This document shows, one piece after another, positions 25,695 to 38,015 of a stretch of 63,172 nt of DNA. The number at the start of each line of letters is the position of its first letter. Position 1 is the stretch's first letter. The notes beneath the pieces are model-generated. The model made no database searches. It saw only the letters and a list, made by a program, of their open reading frames with translations, and was not told the DNA's origin. Source of the stretch: Nemertoderma westbladi (Eukaryota; Animalia; Xenacoelomorpha); NCBI GenBank assembly GCA_032718475.1, contig JAUCBJ010004192.1, positions 1 through 63,172 of the forward strand, given 5' to 3'. The position numbers and the translations under genes were made by a program.

Positions 25695-26990
25695 CATGAT
25701 ATTGCTGCAACCTCGTCACCCAACGCAGAGTTAGACAAAGACATTACCGAAGAAGAGATACTACATGTGACCACAAAGCTAAACCCAAATAGCAGCTCTT
25801 CTGATGGGATCTCATCTTCTACACTCAGGGACACTATGCCTCAGTTTATTCCTTACTTCCTATGCTTATTTAATCTCTTATTCCGAAGTGGTCTTGGTGC
25901 CTACCCGCATTCTGGTTTTCGCATCTTCTCACCCTGCCAAAGAAAGGAAAATTAGCCTTACCATGTAATGTCCGTGGTATCAGCTTAATGCCATATTAGC
26001 AAAACTTTACGACCTTACTCTATGCATACGCCTCACGAGATGGCTGAAAATTCCTGGCGCGCAGACAGCTTTTCAGAAGGATAGGAGCTGCGCTCATCAT
26101 GTGCTTACAGTAAAAATTATCCTTGCTCATGCTTTCAAGACAAAGAATTCACTCTATATTATCCTGACCGATTTCAGTGCTGCATTTGACAAAGTTAGTC
26201 GTCGCATACTATTTTTAAAGCTTGCCGCCATAGGTTGCGGTACCACCTTACTAATTGCACTAATGGCTTTATATGTCAACACGACAGTTATAGTCGAACT
26301 GAACTCGCAATACTCACACCTAATCCAGCTACTCTCCGGAATCCGCCAGGGGGCGCCCTCGTCCCCAATATTATTTATTGTCTACACCCTCAGCTTACGT
26401 TCTATCTTTAGATATCTAACCCCGGAATCTTTCATCGGCAACCATCACCTACTCATCCACGCAGATGATACAATAATCCTTGCAGAGGACCGCAAAAGAG
26501 CTGAAAAGAAAATGAAATGCTTGAAGTTTACGGCAATAGGAATTACATATCCCTCAACCCTTCAAAATGCTCTTTAATAGCTGCTAACATTTCTACTGTA
26601 AACAAATCCCCTATAAAACTAAAGTGCGGAAATATTGCGTATTCTCAGCAAGAAGTATACCTGGGATCATACATCTGTTCATCCGGTAGGCTACATGATA
26701 TGTTCAATGCTGACCTAATTAAATCGCACTATCAATTTATTAAATATTACGCTTTTCTGCGTGAAAACGCTCATGCTCCACTACCTGTGAAAGAAAAAGT
26801 GTTAGATGCCTCTCTCCTCAATGGAGTCCTCTATAACTGTGAATCCTGGGGGACAGTAAATTTTAATAATCTGGAATTAAAATATAGGGAGATTCTCAAA
26901 ACTTTACTAGGATTAAAGAAAAGCACGCCCAGCGAATTTCCCTATATTGAACTCAACCGACCCAAAATCTTACTGACTCCCAACTGACTT
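25695..26990 (+). mobile_element. Decayed LINE, reverse transcriptase portion (continuation of 18800-19905)
   Basis: LTDFSAAFDKV, GIRQGAPSSPILF, IHADD, YLGS and LYNCESW motifs, with several frameshifts. Confidence 0.88.
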
Positions 26991-27630
26991 AAATCAGTTG
27001 TAAAATCGAGAACAGCAATACATACATACATACATAGGCATTGCATTGTTGACAAGCTACTTTGTTTATGAGATAAACAAATCGTTCTAGAACATTGTGT
27101 ATTTATTAAATGGGATAAATGCCCTGCAGCGGAAGCTAATAATACATGCAAAATTCGAATGCCCATATCTCAGCTAATTCCCAACCAAATTCAAATACTT
27201 TTACATATTATTTGGCATCCTTGCATGGTCAGCTTTCCATCGGTACCAACAGTTATAAAGTAGAAGAATAGCTGCGGTGTAACTGATTCAATTTCGTTTG
27301 AGACACCTTTTTTAAACGCTTGTAGCTAAAGAATGAAAGCAAAATTACAAATTGTGTTCACCCACCCAGGAGGAGTTGAGTGAAACTATCTCTGTTTCAA
27401 ATTTAATGCAATCTCATTACGATTTGAAGAAAAATTAAGGGGGGGGGGGGTGGGGAGGCATGTACCAGAATAACGACACTATATTCCAGGATATGGTGTA
27501 AGTCTAGATGTAAATACTGTAGTTATATCCATTAAATTTGGGGGGGGGGGGGGTCCATGTACCTGAATAACAAGACTATATACCAGGATATGGTGTATAT
27601 ATGTAATATTATGGTTTTGTTCAGAAATGG

Positions 27631-27733
27631 AAAAAATTAGAAAGCGCGTCACCGGGGGTTGAACCAGCGCTATACGTACTTTTCCGCCTATCAGGCCTCA
27701 TCAGTAGCGCTAATCAGTTCAGCCACTTGTCCC
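27631..27733 (-). ncRNA. tRNA-like Pol III cassette containing a minimal type I hammerhead ribozyme (degenerate copy)
   Basis: Minus strand reads GGGACAAG-TGGCTGAACTGATT(A box)-AGCGCTA-CTGATGA-GGCCT.GAT.AGGCG-GAAA-AGTACG-TA-TAGCGCT-GGTTCAACCC(B box)-CCGGTGACGCGC-TTTCTAATTTTTT. Confidence 0.72.
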
Positions 27734-27821
27734 TGACATTCACTCTTCCACCTAATCCACTTCTATTGAACAGGCAGTCTTAAGTTGCATATCCTATATA
27801 TAGACAGATATTATTTTTTAG

Positions 27822-28478
27822 ATGATTGTGGATATGACTCATGGTGGACTTTAAACTATGATGATCGTGCTGAAGAAAAACAAGGAAAATTCCATGGCAA
27901 ATTGCATGGGGATGTAAAATATGGCCCAGGACCAGCAGGACTTGAAAATCATGCAATGGGATTTCAACAGGGTTATGTGTCTATTGAGCATGGGGATGAT
28001 GAATTAACCTCAGAGACATTCACGATGCTTATGTTTGTGAAGAGGAGTGGAGGAGGACATGGGCCGATATATGAATTTGGAACCAGTTCAGCTGTTGGTT
28101 CTCATTTCTGGAGTCACAGGGCAATCACATCTTTGTGGTATAATCCTATGGTTACTGGTGTTGCAGGACAACAAGTTACTAATGCTGTTGTTCTAGATGA
28201 ATGGTATATGGTTGCTATTGGAAGAAGTGAGGTAAATAGACAACAATATATTTATAGTCGGCGTGTTGGAACAGATGTCCAACTGAGAAGGGAGGTTGAA
28301 ACAAAGAATACTGAAAGATGTCCAGTGGATTTGACTGGTGAACTTACCTTAGGAAAACGTCTTCATGGTGGACATGTTTATCCTGGATACATTGCCCATG
28401 CACGGTATTATAGCTGCTACCTTTCAGAAGAGGAACTCATGGATACTTTTGATGAATTATCAACGTATGGAAGAAAAG
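27822..28478 (+). CDS. Host gene exon: ConA/LamG-like (pentraxin-like) jelly-roll domain 1 (type A)
   Basis: ttttag|...|gttcgt, 657 nt, phase 1-1. Motifs WWTLN, YGPGP, FTMLMFVK, GPIYEF, WYMVA, LTLGKR and GYIAHARYYSCYLS. Confidence 0.88.
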
Positions 28479-28929
28479 GTTCGTTTATTTATCTTCACAT
28501 TGTTGTTACCTCAACTTACATATCATAATGCAATAAGAATTGCAACTTATTTATTTAGCAATCTTTGTTCAATTACATTAATATTACTCATATGGAGTCA
28601 GCACTTTTCCCTACGTTTCAACAAATACTCTCAATTCATCAAAGCCCACCCGGGGTTTACTCGCGATAAGAATTATAATGCATTTTAATATGCGTTTTGT
28701 ACTTTATACTTTAATTATGTTATTTGGTGTGAACAACCGCCGCAAGCCCAACTGTTTGGCTCACCTCATTCTGTACCCGTTGTCGTCGATAATGCAATAT
28801 TTTCTGTTCCATGTAGAATACTATTTGGGTTTAGTTAAAAGAACTGGACTGGACCTTCTACCCCAAAATATACACTTCATATTATGAGTAGTATGGAGTA
28901 CTAGAGTAGGACTTGATTACTGTAAGAAT

Positions 28930-29190
28930 TGTTGGCTGATTGATTGACTGGCTGGCTGGCTGACTGACTGGCTGGCTGACTGATCTACAAGCAAAACTAC
29001 TCTAACGATTTTGATGAAATTTTCACAGCATCTAGATATCGCGATTCTAAGGTCCCTGGCATGATCGGCTACTCTGTCCATAGCCTCTGGGGAAGCGATT
29101 CTAAGGTCCCGGGCATGATCGGCTACTCCGTCCATAGCCTCTGGGCTCGAAAAATAGAGATAAACGAAAAAACGCCATCGGCACAATGGT
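28930..29190. mobile_element. Helentron/HINE-like fragment with a (CTGG/CTGA)n microsatellite
   Basis: Microsatellite plus duplicated gcgattctaaggtccc...tccatagcctctggg. Second copy at about 42285-42365. Confidence 0.5.
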
Positions 29191-30611
29191 AAAATAACAC
29201 CAATGACAGCTGGTGTCCTGATGAAAAATGGCTTATATAATGCATTTCTTCACAAGGCTTAGTAATAAATCGATGAGGTTGCCAAGATTATTATACTTAG
29301 TACACCCATACTGTTTGTTTAGGCCCTACAAACCTCTCTCTGTTAAAGCAAACATTAACTGGTTGGTTTGCTATTCTATAGGGAGCCACCTAACAAGGAA
29401 GTACATATAGTGCCAACTTTATAATCATTCACTGGGTTAGCCGGCTATTACAGCCTCAGCTGAATAACTCTTCCCAATGCTTTCTATGGCGATCTACAAG
29501 GTTACTCTCTCTTCTATGTTAATTTATGTGTAAGCTGATTGACAGTTAGTTACACAGTGTGTTGGGCACTATTGGATTGCACTGTATTTATAATAATAAT
29601 TGTTTTATTTTTAAATCTTTCGGCCAACATTAATTCTGTGGAGGCAGTATGCTTATAAGGTGGAATGTTTACTCAGCCTCATACTGATACTCTGTAAGGC
29701 TAACACTAACATTATAGTTTGAAATATATATATCACTGCTTATTATCTGTATCAGGTTACACACTGTGGCATTCTAAATGTTTTATACTGTAGGTGATTG
29801 ACATTAGTGCAAGCTGAATGACTGTTAGTTCCTTCAGACCATAAGCAAACATTAACATTGTTGAGGGAATTTAGTTTAGTTCACTCTACTGTGCCATTCA
29901 ACTGAATGAATTTGAGAATTGCCAAATTACAGAGTGGGATCTCTCTCTGACCATAGGTAAATAGCACTTCCATTCTGACCATAGGTAAACATTGTTGAGG
30001 GAATTTACATTTGATTGATGACTTCCGACTTGCTTAACGGCGTCTTGACGCCGTCTCTAGTACTCCATACTACTATGTACTGTACTATTTTTCATCTTTC
30101 TTTAAAAAGTGTACACTCTTTACAGGTTCGAGTTTACACCAGATGCAGTTTTATTTTCCCGTTTCATAAAATATATTATATTGTACTTTTGTTATATTAA
30201 TCACCCAATGCAATATTTCTCCGCGTTGAGCCGTGGCAAAATTTATATTCGCAATCATCCTGTGCCGCTTGTGGAATATAAGTTACCTTTCTAAAAAATC
30301 AGATCTAAAAAAGCAAAAAGCTAGCAAGATAAAGTGTGAAGTCACACCTTGAAATGGAACATTCTAGTCTATTATGGTGTCGCAGTCGTCACACACCACC
30401 ATCAAATGCCTGCCTGTGTATCTACGTATACCCTATGAATTTACTGCATATTATTTATATTTGTGATCTTTCTCGATCTAAAATGCATTATACGATGTGT
30501 GATTCTCACCAACACCAATCAATTAATTTAATGTAATTTCGAAAATATCATAGCAACGATAGTAAAGCATACACAATTATTAGGAACACCTCCACAGTTC
30601 AAATATTTTAA

Positions 30612-32730
30612 CCTTCTATTTCCCAACCCTCTTTAAATCTGAGCAAATTTGTTGAAATTTTTGAAACCGTTTTAAATCGTGTCAACTTAAACTTTGCAAA
30701 AAAATGTTTTCATTGCGCCTGTTAGTTTTCTCAAAAAAGACCTGTTCCCATTTGGGAACATTGGCAGCACAGCAAATCCAATATATTTTATATATAATAA
30801 TAACAAAAATAAAAAGTTGTGATTCAAAACATTAAAAACTACAAACAGACTCCAATTGTATAGACATTTATGCAATTGTATTGGTCTTTGGGCCGTCATT
30901 CATGTCCCATTTGGGAACACTGGTGATGTTTTTTGGGTGATTTGAATTAGTAAACAATTGTGACGGATTTTGTTTGATTTGATTTAGTAACCAACTTAAG
31001 GAGATGCTTTGGTTGAAATTATATTTTACTATTAAGAACCAAGTCAGTCCCATTTGGGAACACTGTGCTCCCTTAGATCTGAGCCGAGTCAACACGCTCC
31101 ACAGCGCTCCATTATATCTATTCTCGCACCCCGAGCCCAGCCAACACACTCTAAAGCGCTCGCTCCATTAGATCTATTTTCGAGCCCTGAACTGAGCCAA
31201 CACGCCCTACTGCGATCCATTATATCTATTCTCGTGCCACGAGCCCAGCCAACACGCCCTACTGCGCTCCATTAGATCTATTCTTGCATCCCGAGCCGAT
31301 CCAACATGCCCTACAGAGCGCTCCATTAGATCTATATCCGAGCCCTGAACTGAGCCAACACACACTACTGTGCTCCATTTGATATATTCTAGACTCCTGG
31401 GCCAATCTAACACGCCCCACTGCGCTCCATTAGATATATTCTCGCGTCCGTAGCCAAGCCAACACGCCCTACTGCGCTCCATTAAATCTATTCTTGCATC
31501 CCGAGCCGATCCAACACGCCCTATAGCGCGCTCCATTATATCTAAATTCGAGCCCTGAACTGTGCCAACACGCCCTACTGCGCTGCATTAGATATATTCT
31601 AGCGTCCTGGGCCAATCTAACACGCCCTACTGCGCTCCATTAGATATATTCTCGCGTCCGGAGCCCAGCCAACACGCCCTACTGCGCTCCATTAAATCTA
31701 TTCTTGCATCCCGAGCCGATCCAACACGCCCTACAGCACACTTCATTAGATCTATATTCGAGCCCTGAACTGAGCCAACACGCCCTACTGCGCTGCATTA
31801 GATCTATTCTAGCGTCCCTAGCCAATCTAACACGCCCTACTGCGCTCCATTAGATATATTCTCGCGTCCGGAGCCCAGCCAACACGCCCTACTGCGCTCC
31901 ATTAAATCTATTAATTCTTGCATCCCGAGCCGATCCAACACGCCCTACTGCGCTCCATTAAATCTATTCTTGCATCCCGAGCCGATCCAACACGCCCTAC
32001 TGCTCCCCATTAGATATATTCTCGCGTCCGGAGCCCAGCCTACACGCCCTACTGCGCTCCATTAGATATATTCTCGCGTCCTCAGCCAATCTAACACGCC
32101 CTACTGCACTCAATTAGATATATTCTCGCGTCCGGAGCCCAGCCAACTCACCCTACTGCGCTCCATTAAATCTATTCTTGCATTCCGAGCCGATCCAACA
32201 CGCCCTACAGCACTCCATTAGATATATTTTCGAGTCCAGATCCGAGCAAACACGCCCTACTGTGCTCCATTAGATATACTTTTTAGAGTAATACATCGAG
32301 TAAAATTATTTTCTCATTTCTGATATTCTATTTTCTCACCAGTGTACCCAAATGGGAACATCAATTTTTAAAGGGAGTAATTTGGCACAAGATAGTCGTT
32401 TTTCGGAATTTTTTATTTTAAATAAAATGTCATATTATTTAAAAACTAAATTTTAATGTCGCCACTGGTGTGGAATATGAAATTTGTAACGTTTTTGACC
32501 AATATTGTTTGCATGTCCCAAAAATCGAAAAAATGAGAATTAGCCTAATTTGGCATGTCAAAAGACCAACTTGAAGTTTGAAAACACTTGAAGTTGAAAA
32601 CTAAAAACAATATTCCACTCTTCCTAAACATATTAACATTAAAAAAGGTAATATAAGTCAAAATTAAATTTCATCCAGTTGAATTTAAAAAACTGCTCCC
32701 AATTGGGAACACTTGGGAGATAGAAGTAGG
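30612..32730. mobile_element. TTAA-flanked (piggyBac-like) non-autonomous element carrying a tandem array
   Basis: TTAA|ccttctatttcccaa...ttgggagatagaagtagg|TTAA imperfect TIR. Repeated subterminal palindrome tcccatttgggaac. Confidence 0.7.
31060..32280 (+). repeat. Minisatellite of about 52 bp with a 210-bp four-unit higher-order period
   Basis: Units read ccaacacgccctactgcgctccattagat... The marker ccgagccgatccaaca occurs at 31291, 31501 and 31711. Confidence 0.9.
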
Positions 32731-32984
32731 TTAAATACAATATAAATTACAATGTTATTCAATAGAATTATGTTGTAGTAACTGTGTAAATAATAATATG
32801 CCGATATGACATTATGTATTCCAGTATTCTTGATACTCATTTTGTCTGACAATTTCAGTTCTAAATATAAAAAAGACACTACTGACTGGTCCGTCTAACA
32901 CTACTGCACTACCGGTAACACATACTGACTAACACTACTACTTACAATAATTGGGACTTAGGTCATATAAACATTTGACATTAA

Positions 32985-34138
32985 TTAATCACTTTGGTCT
33001 CTTTCGTAAACTTTTAGATAGGGGGATTCCTGTGTACATAATTAGGCTTCTTATTTTCTGGTATAGAGAGCAATACATGTACGTTAGGTGGGCGGGGCAT
33101 AAATCTGGTAAATTTTTGGTTACAAATGGTACGAAACAGGGTGGGGTCCTTTCCCCGATTCTAATCAATGTATATATGGACGGTTTAAGTAGGTCACTTA
33201 ATGAGACTGGGGTAGGGTGTCTATTAGGAGGTACAAGGGTGAATCATTTAGGATATGCCAACGACTTGTGTCTTTTATCGAATAGTTTATTTGGGTTACA
33301 ACGATTAATGAACGTAGCTGAACGATTTGCATTTTTAATTCTATATTATTTAATATGAAGAAAACAAAATGTTTATACTTCGTTCCCAGGAGCTCAGGTC
33401 ATTGTATTTTTGGTGATGTATATCTATATGGTATTAAAATTGATTTAGTTGAAAAATTCAATTATTTAGGGCATATAATTCATAGCAGTGCAGATGATGA
33501 TTTTTGACATAAAGAGGCAAACTCAGTGCCTGTACGCCAGAGGTAATCTATTAGCTAGGAAATTTGGTGCTTGTAGTAATAAAGTAAAGCTAACACTGTT
33601 TAGAGCATTCTGTTCAACAGTTTATTGTAATGCTTTATGGGCTAAACGAAATTATTCAGGAATTGTGCATAATAAACTCAGAATAGCGTATAACAATTGT
33701 TTTAGGTTACTTTTTCATATTCCGAGAGTAATAAACGGTGAACCAACTAGTATTAGCAGCGCATTCGGGCAATTTAATGTTAAAATGATGGTTCATATTA
33801 GATACATGTCAATTGTAAGTTTATTTAAAAGAGTTGATAAGACTGATAACAAACTATTGAGTACAATTACTAATGTATGCCGTCTGGACAGTACATCCAG
33901 AATAAGGGAAATGTGTGACCAAGACTTGGGTTTAAGATGTAATTTTGTATCATTTTTGGTCATATTTTTCGGTTATCTGTTTTGTTTTGTGTATTTTTAC
34001 TATATTGTTTTATAACCAACCTTATTGTGCTTTACGTTGTTAGCCTGACTGTGTATATTCTGTCTGTTTGTTTGTATATGTATTAGTACAGTATTTTTAT
34101 GGGCCAACTGGGCCTGAAATAAAGCCAATAATAATAAA
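32985..34138 (+). mobile_element. 5'-truncated LINE (RT plus 3' tail), probably CR1/L2 group
   Basis: GTKQGGVLSPILINVYMDGL, LGYANDL and YLG motifs. Tail atgggcc...ggcctgaaataaa...(taa)n. Confidence 0.85.
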
Positions 34139-35081
34139 TGTCAAGACAAACTGCCACCAAAATATCATAGAGATCTGAGTGGGAACTTTCTTGGATTTTC
34201 TAATAATTTTCTTATTTCAACTTATCCACGTTTTAGCTTTTTTAGCAACATTATCATTTTTCATCTGTTGGACTACAAGTGGTACAAATGAGTGCGAAAT
34301 ATGAAAAAAATATATTATATCATAAGTATATATTATACCTATCAGAGGGACGCTGAAAATTACTCCCGCGAGGAATCTTCGTCCAGAGCAACCTTCGCCC
34401 TTAAAATGAGTGTTAACAACCTCGTTTATTGTTTTGGTTAGAAAAATTGTAACCTATCGTGTCTGTAACCTGCTTCTTTCCTCCAATCGGCCTAAGGTTG
34501 GACACGGGCGAATATTTCCTGCCTATCGGAACCTAACCCTATCGGATGATATCTGGATTCTGCCACCTCAAGGTACCTCTGGTACCAGAGTGGGTGTGCA
34601 CTGATGGCCAGTTGCTTTGGGAATATCGTTCAGTTTCTGCTTAGGTCGTTCAGTCTCTGCCTGGGCTGTTAAAAGTAAGACAGATAGATGCCTCAAGTTA
34701 CAATGCAATGCCGGGTGATATCATCCTAGGGCCAGAACGATCTAGGATTAACTCCCTATCCACCCAGGCTAGTGGGAGCCTGTCCCGGTGTCAGTCAGCC
34801 AAACGACAGTGGACTGGAGCGAGATTTGACTACTGCCAGGTGCAAGGGATGGGCTACGTTGAGTCCTAGTGTTCCTACATGGAATAACACAGCCCCATCA
34901 TGCATATGCGTTTCATTACTGCGCACCATTATTAGTATTCTTTGAAATAAATGTAGACAAATCGATAATATCTAATTATTTATTTATTATATAAAATAAT
35001 ATATAACACAATTATAAAATGAACAGTCAGCGAGAAGTTCTTACTCCATATTTAATAAATTATCATATGATAATATTTTAG

Positions 35082-35735
35082 ATAAATGTAATTATGATAC
35101 ATGGTGGACACTGAATGATAAGGACCATGGAGACGATAAACATGGGATGATGGATGGAAGAATTCATGGAGATATTGGATATGTGCCTGGTCCGGGAGGG
35201 GTTGAAAACCAGGGTATGGATGTTAGACATGGTTATGTATCGATTGATCATCGGTCTGGCGAGTTGACATCGGAGACGTTTACAATGGTTATGTTTGTAA
35301 AGAGGGGTGGTGGAGGACATGGGCCGATTTATGAATTCGGAACATTTTCAGCAGTTGGTTCTCATTTCTGGAGTCACAGGGCAATCACGTCATTGTGGTA
35401 TAATCCTATGGTTACTGGTGTTGCAGGGCAAGAAGTTACAAATGCTGTGGTTCTAAATGAATGGCATATGGTTGCTGTTGGAAGAAGTCAAGACAATCGG
35501 CAGCAGTTTATTTACAGTCGGCGTGTTGGAAGTAATTTCCATATCAGAAGGGAGGTTGAAACAAAGAATACTGAAAGATGTCCAGTGGATTTGACTGGTG
35601 AACTTACCTTAGGAAAACGTCTTCATGGTGGCCATGTATATCCTGGGTTTATTGCTCATACTAGGTATTACAGCTGCTACTTATCAGTACATGAGCTGGA
35701 AGCTAATTATAAGGAACTTCATTCGTCAACTAAAA
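35082..35735 (+). CDS. Host gene exon: ConA/LamG-like domain 2 (type B)
   Basis: ttttag|...|gtgag, 654 nt, phase 1-1. Paralog of domain 1. Confidence 0.88.
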
Positions 35736-36099
35736 GTGAGTTAGGAACGATATGTTATTTAAAGTCAAATTTGTAACTGTAAACTGTATACTTTTAACTT
35801 TTATAGGATATAATCGGGATACCCCCTCACACCCCCCCCCCCCCCCCCCCCTCAATCTTTTGGTTAAGCCTGTCAACTAGCGATTTTCCAATTAAATCTG
35901 AAAATAACTTAGGATATTCAGTAAATGTAAATTTTGCATTTTGATGACATATTATCATGATATGATACATATGACATCCTGATGACATGAAAATTCAGCA
36001 AAGTACCTCTATATGCATGCTCAAATAGAATAATAAAAGGCTTAGCGAAATGACGAATTTAGATTGTTGAAAAATTAAAATATCAAATTACAATTTTAG

Positions 36100-36762
36100 G
36101 TAAATGTGCTTATGATTCATGGTGGACAATGGATGATGCAGATGGTAATAATGATTTTCATGGAAGTAATAATGGAGAGATACATGGTAATGTGAAATAT
36201 GGTCCAGGGCCAGGAGGTGTTGAAAACAAGGCAATGTATGTTCAAAATGGGTGGGTACAGATACCACATTTTGAAGCATTAACATCGAAGACATTCACAA
36301 TGGTGATGTTTGTGAAGAGGGGAGGTGGGACACATGGACCGATATATGAGATAGGAACCAGTTCAGCTGTTGGTTCACATTTCTGGAGTCACAGGGCAAT
36401 CACATCATTGTGGTATAATCCTATGGTTAATGGTGTTGCACCACAAGAAGTTACCAATGCTATTGTTCTAGATGAATGGCATATGGTTGCTATTGGAAGA
36501 AGTGAGGTAAATAGTCAACAATTCATTTACAGTCGGCGAGTCGGTAGTAATGATGATATCAGGGCTCGAAGAGAAGTCGATACAGAGAACACAGCTAAAT
36601 GCCCAGTGGATATGACAGGCGATTTTACCTTGGGAAAACGTCTTCATGGTGGACATGCATACCCCGGGTATATTGCTCATGCTCGATACTATAGCTGCTA
36701 CTTATCAAAAGAAGAATTGGATGAAACTTATGGAGCACTAATGCAACATACATCACAATCTG
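36100..36762 (+). CDS. Host gene exon: ConA/LamG-like domain 3 (type C)
   Basis: ttttag|...|gttag, 663 nt, phase 1-1. Confidence 0.88.
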
Positions 36763-37334
36763 GTTAGTTTAATAAATCAACACCAATACAATAATTTCTG
36801 ATACTGAATGGATGTGACATGTTAATGTAGTATCTTAATCACTCAACACTTTCTCCCAAGCACAAAACCTGATATTTTTCAGCATTCTTTTTTTGTTGGT
36901 ACTTGAATGGCATCACAATTATTATTTGTTGTCATTTCCAAAATTAGATAAACGTAATCCAAGGTCAATAATGACCACAAACAGGGAGTAGATCACAATC
37001 ATTATGCTTCTGCATAATATCTCCAGCAAGTTGTAGAAAAACAGAGAAAATTCTGATGACAAACTCAAATGTTTATTAATAGCTATATCTCCTATTACAA
37101 TCATAAGTAAGTTGAGGCTTTCTAATTGAGTTTCTCTACCTATACCCTGAGCTAACTATAACATGAATCATATTTACGAATAAATACAACCAGAAACTAT
37201 GATTTAATATTATTCACATTGTATTTGGCCATTATTGAATGCGATTTTTTTGTTGATTTTTTTAAGTAATGCTGACTTTTGTCAGCCACAGCTTATGCCA
37301 TTAACTTGCACAATAATGGACATCTTTAATTCAG

Positions 37335-38015
37335 ATAAATGTGATTATGACTCATGGTGGACTTTGAACGCAAATGTTGGTGGTATTGACATGCAAGGAG
37401 ACCTAATTGGAATCATTAATGGAGCTGTGCGCTATGGTCCTGGGCCAGGAGGTATTGAAAACCACGCAATCGGTACTGCTCATGGGTATTTATCGATCGC
37501 ACATGGTCCTGATCAATTAACCTCGGAGACTTTCACAATGGCGATTTTTGTAAAGAGGGGGGGCGGAGGCCATGGGCCGATATATGAATATGGAACCGGC
37601 CAAGAGAGGGGATCTCATTTCTGGAGTCACCCTGCTATCACATCCTTATGGTACAATCCTGTGGTTGCTGGTGTTGCAGGACAACAAGTTAATAATGCCA
37701 TTACGCTTGATGAATGGCATCTTGTGGCAATAGGAAGGAGTTCGGTTAATTTGCAACAGTTTATTTATAGTCGGCGTGTTGGCAGTCTGAATCACATTAG
37801 AAGAGAAGTGGAAACAATTAACACAGTACGAAATCCAGTAGATATCTATGGAGATCTTAATTTGGGGAGATATGTTGAAGGTGGGAACATCTTCCCAGGG
37901 TACATAGCCCATGCGCGGTACTACAGCTGCTATTTATCAGTGGAAGAAATGGATAAAATGTATGAAGATATCATAGAGAATGTGATTAACACAGAAAAAC
38001 GGCAAATTTACAGAG
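37335..38015 (+). CDS. Host gene exon: ConA/LamG-like domain 4 (type D)
   Basis: ttcag|...|gtgag, 681 nt, phase 1-1. Confidence 0.88.

Noticed and set aside
31060-32280. CRISPR-like array (also 10850-11610)
   Set aside because: The spacers are diverged copies of each other, the context is a eukaryotic intron, and no cas genes are present.
34530-34900. GC-richer island of unknown nature
   Set aside because: No ORF motif, termini or second copy recognised. Probably a TE fragment.
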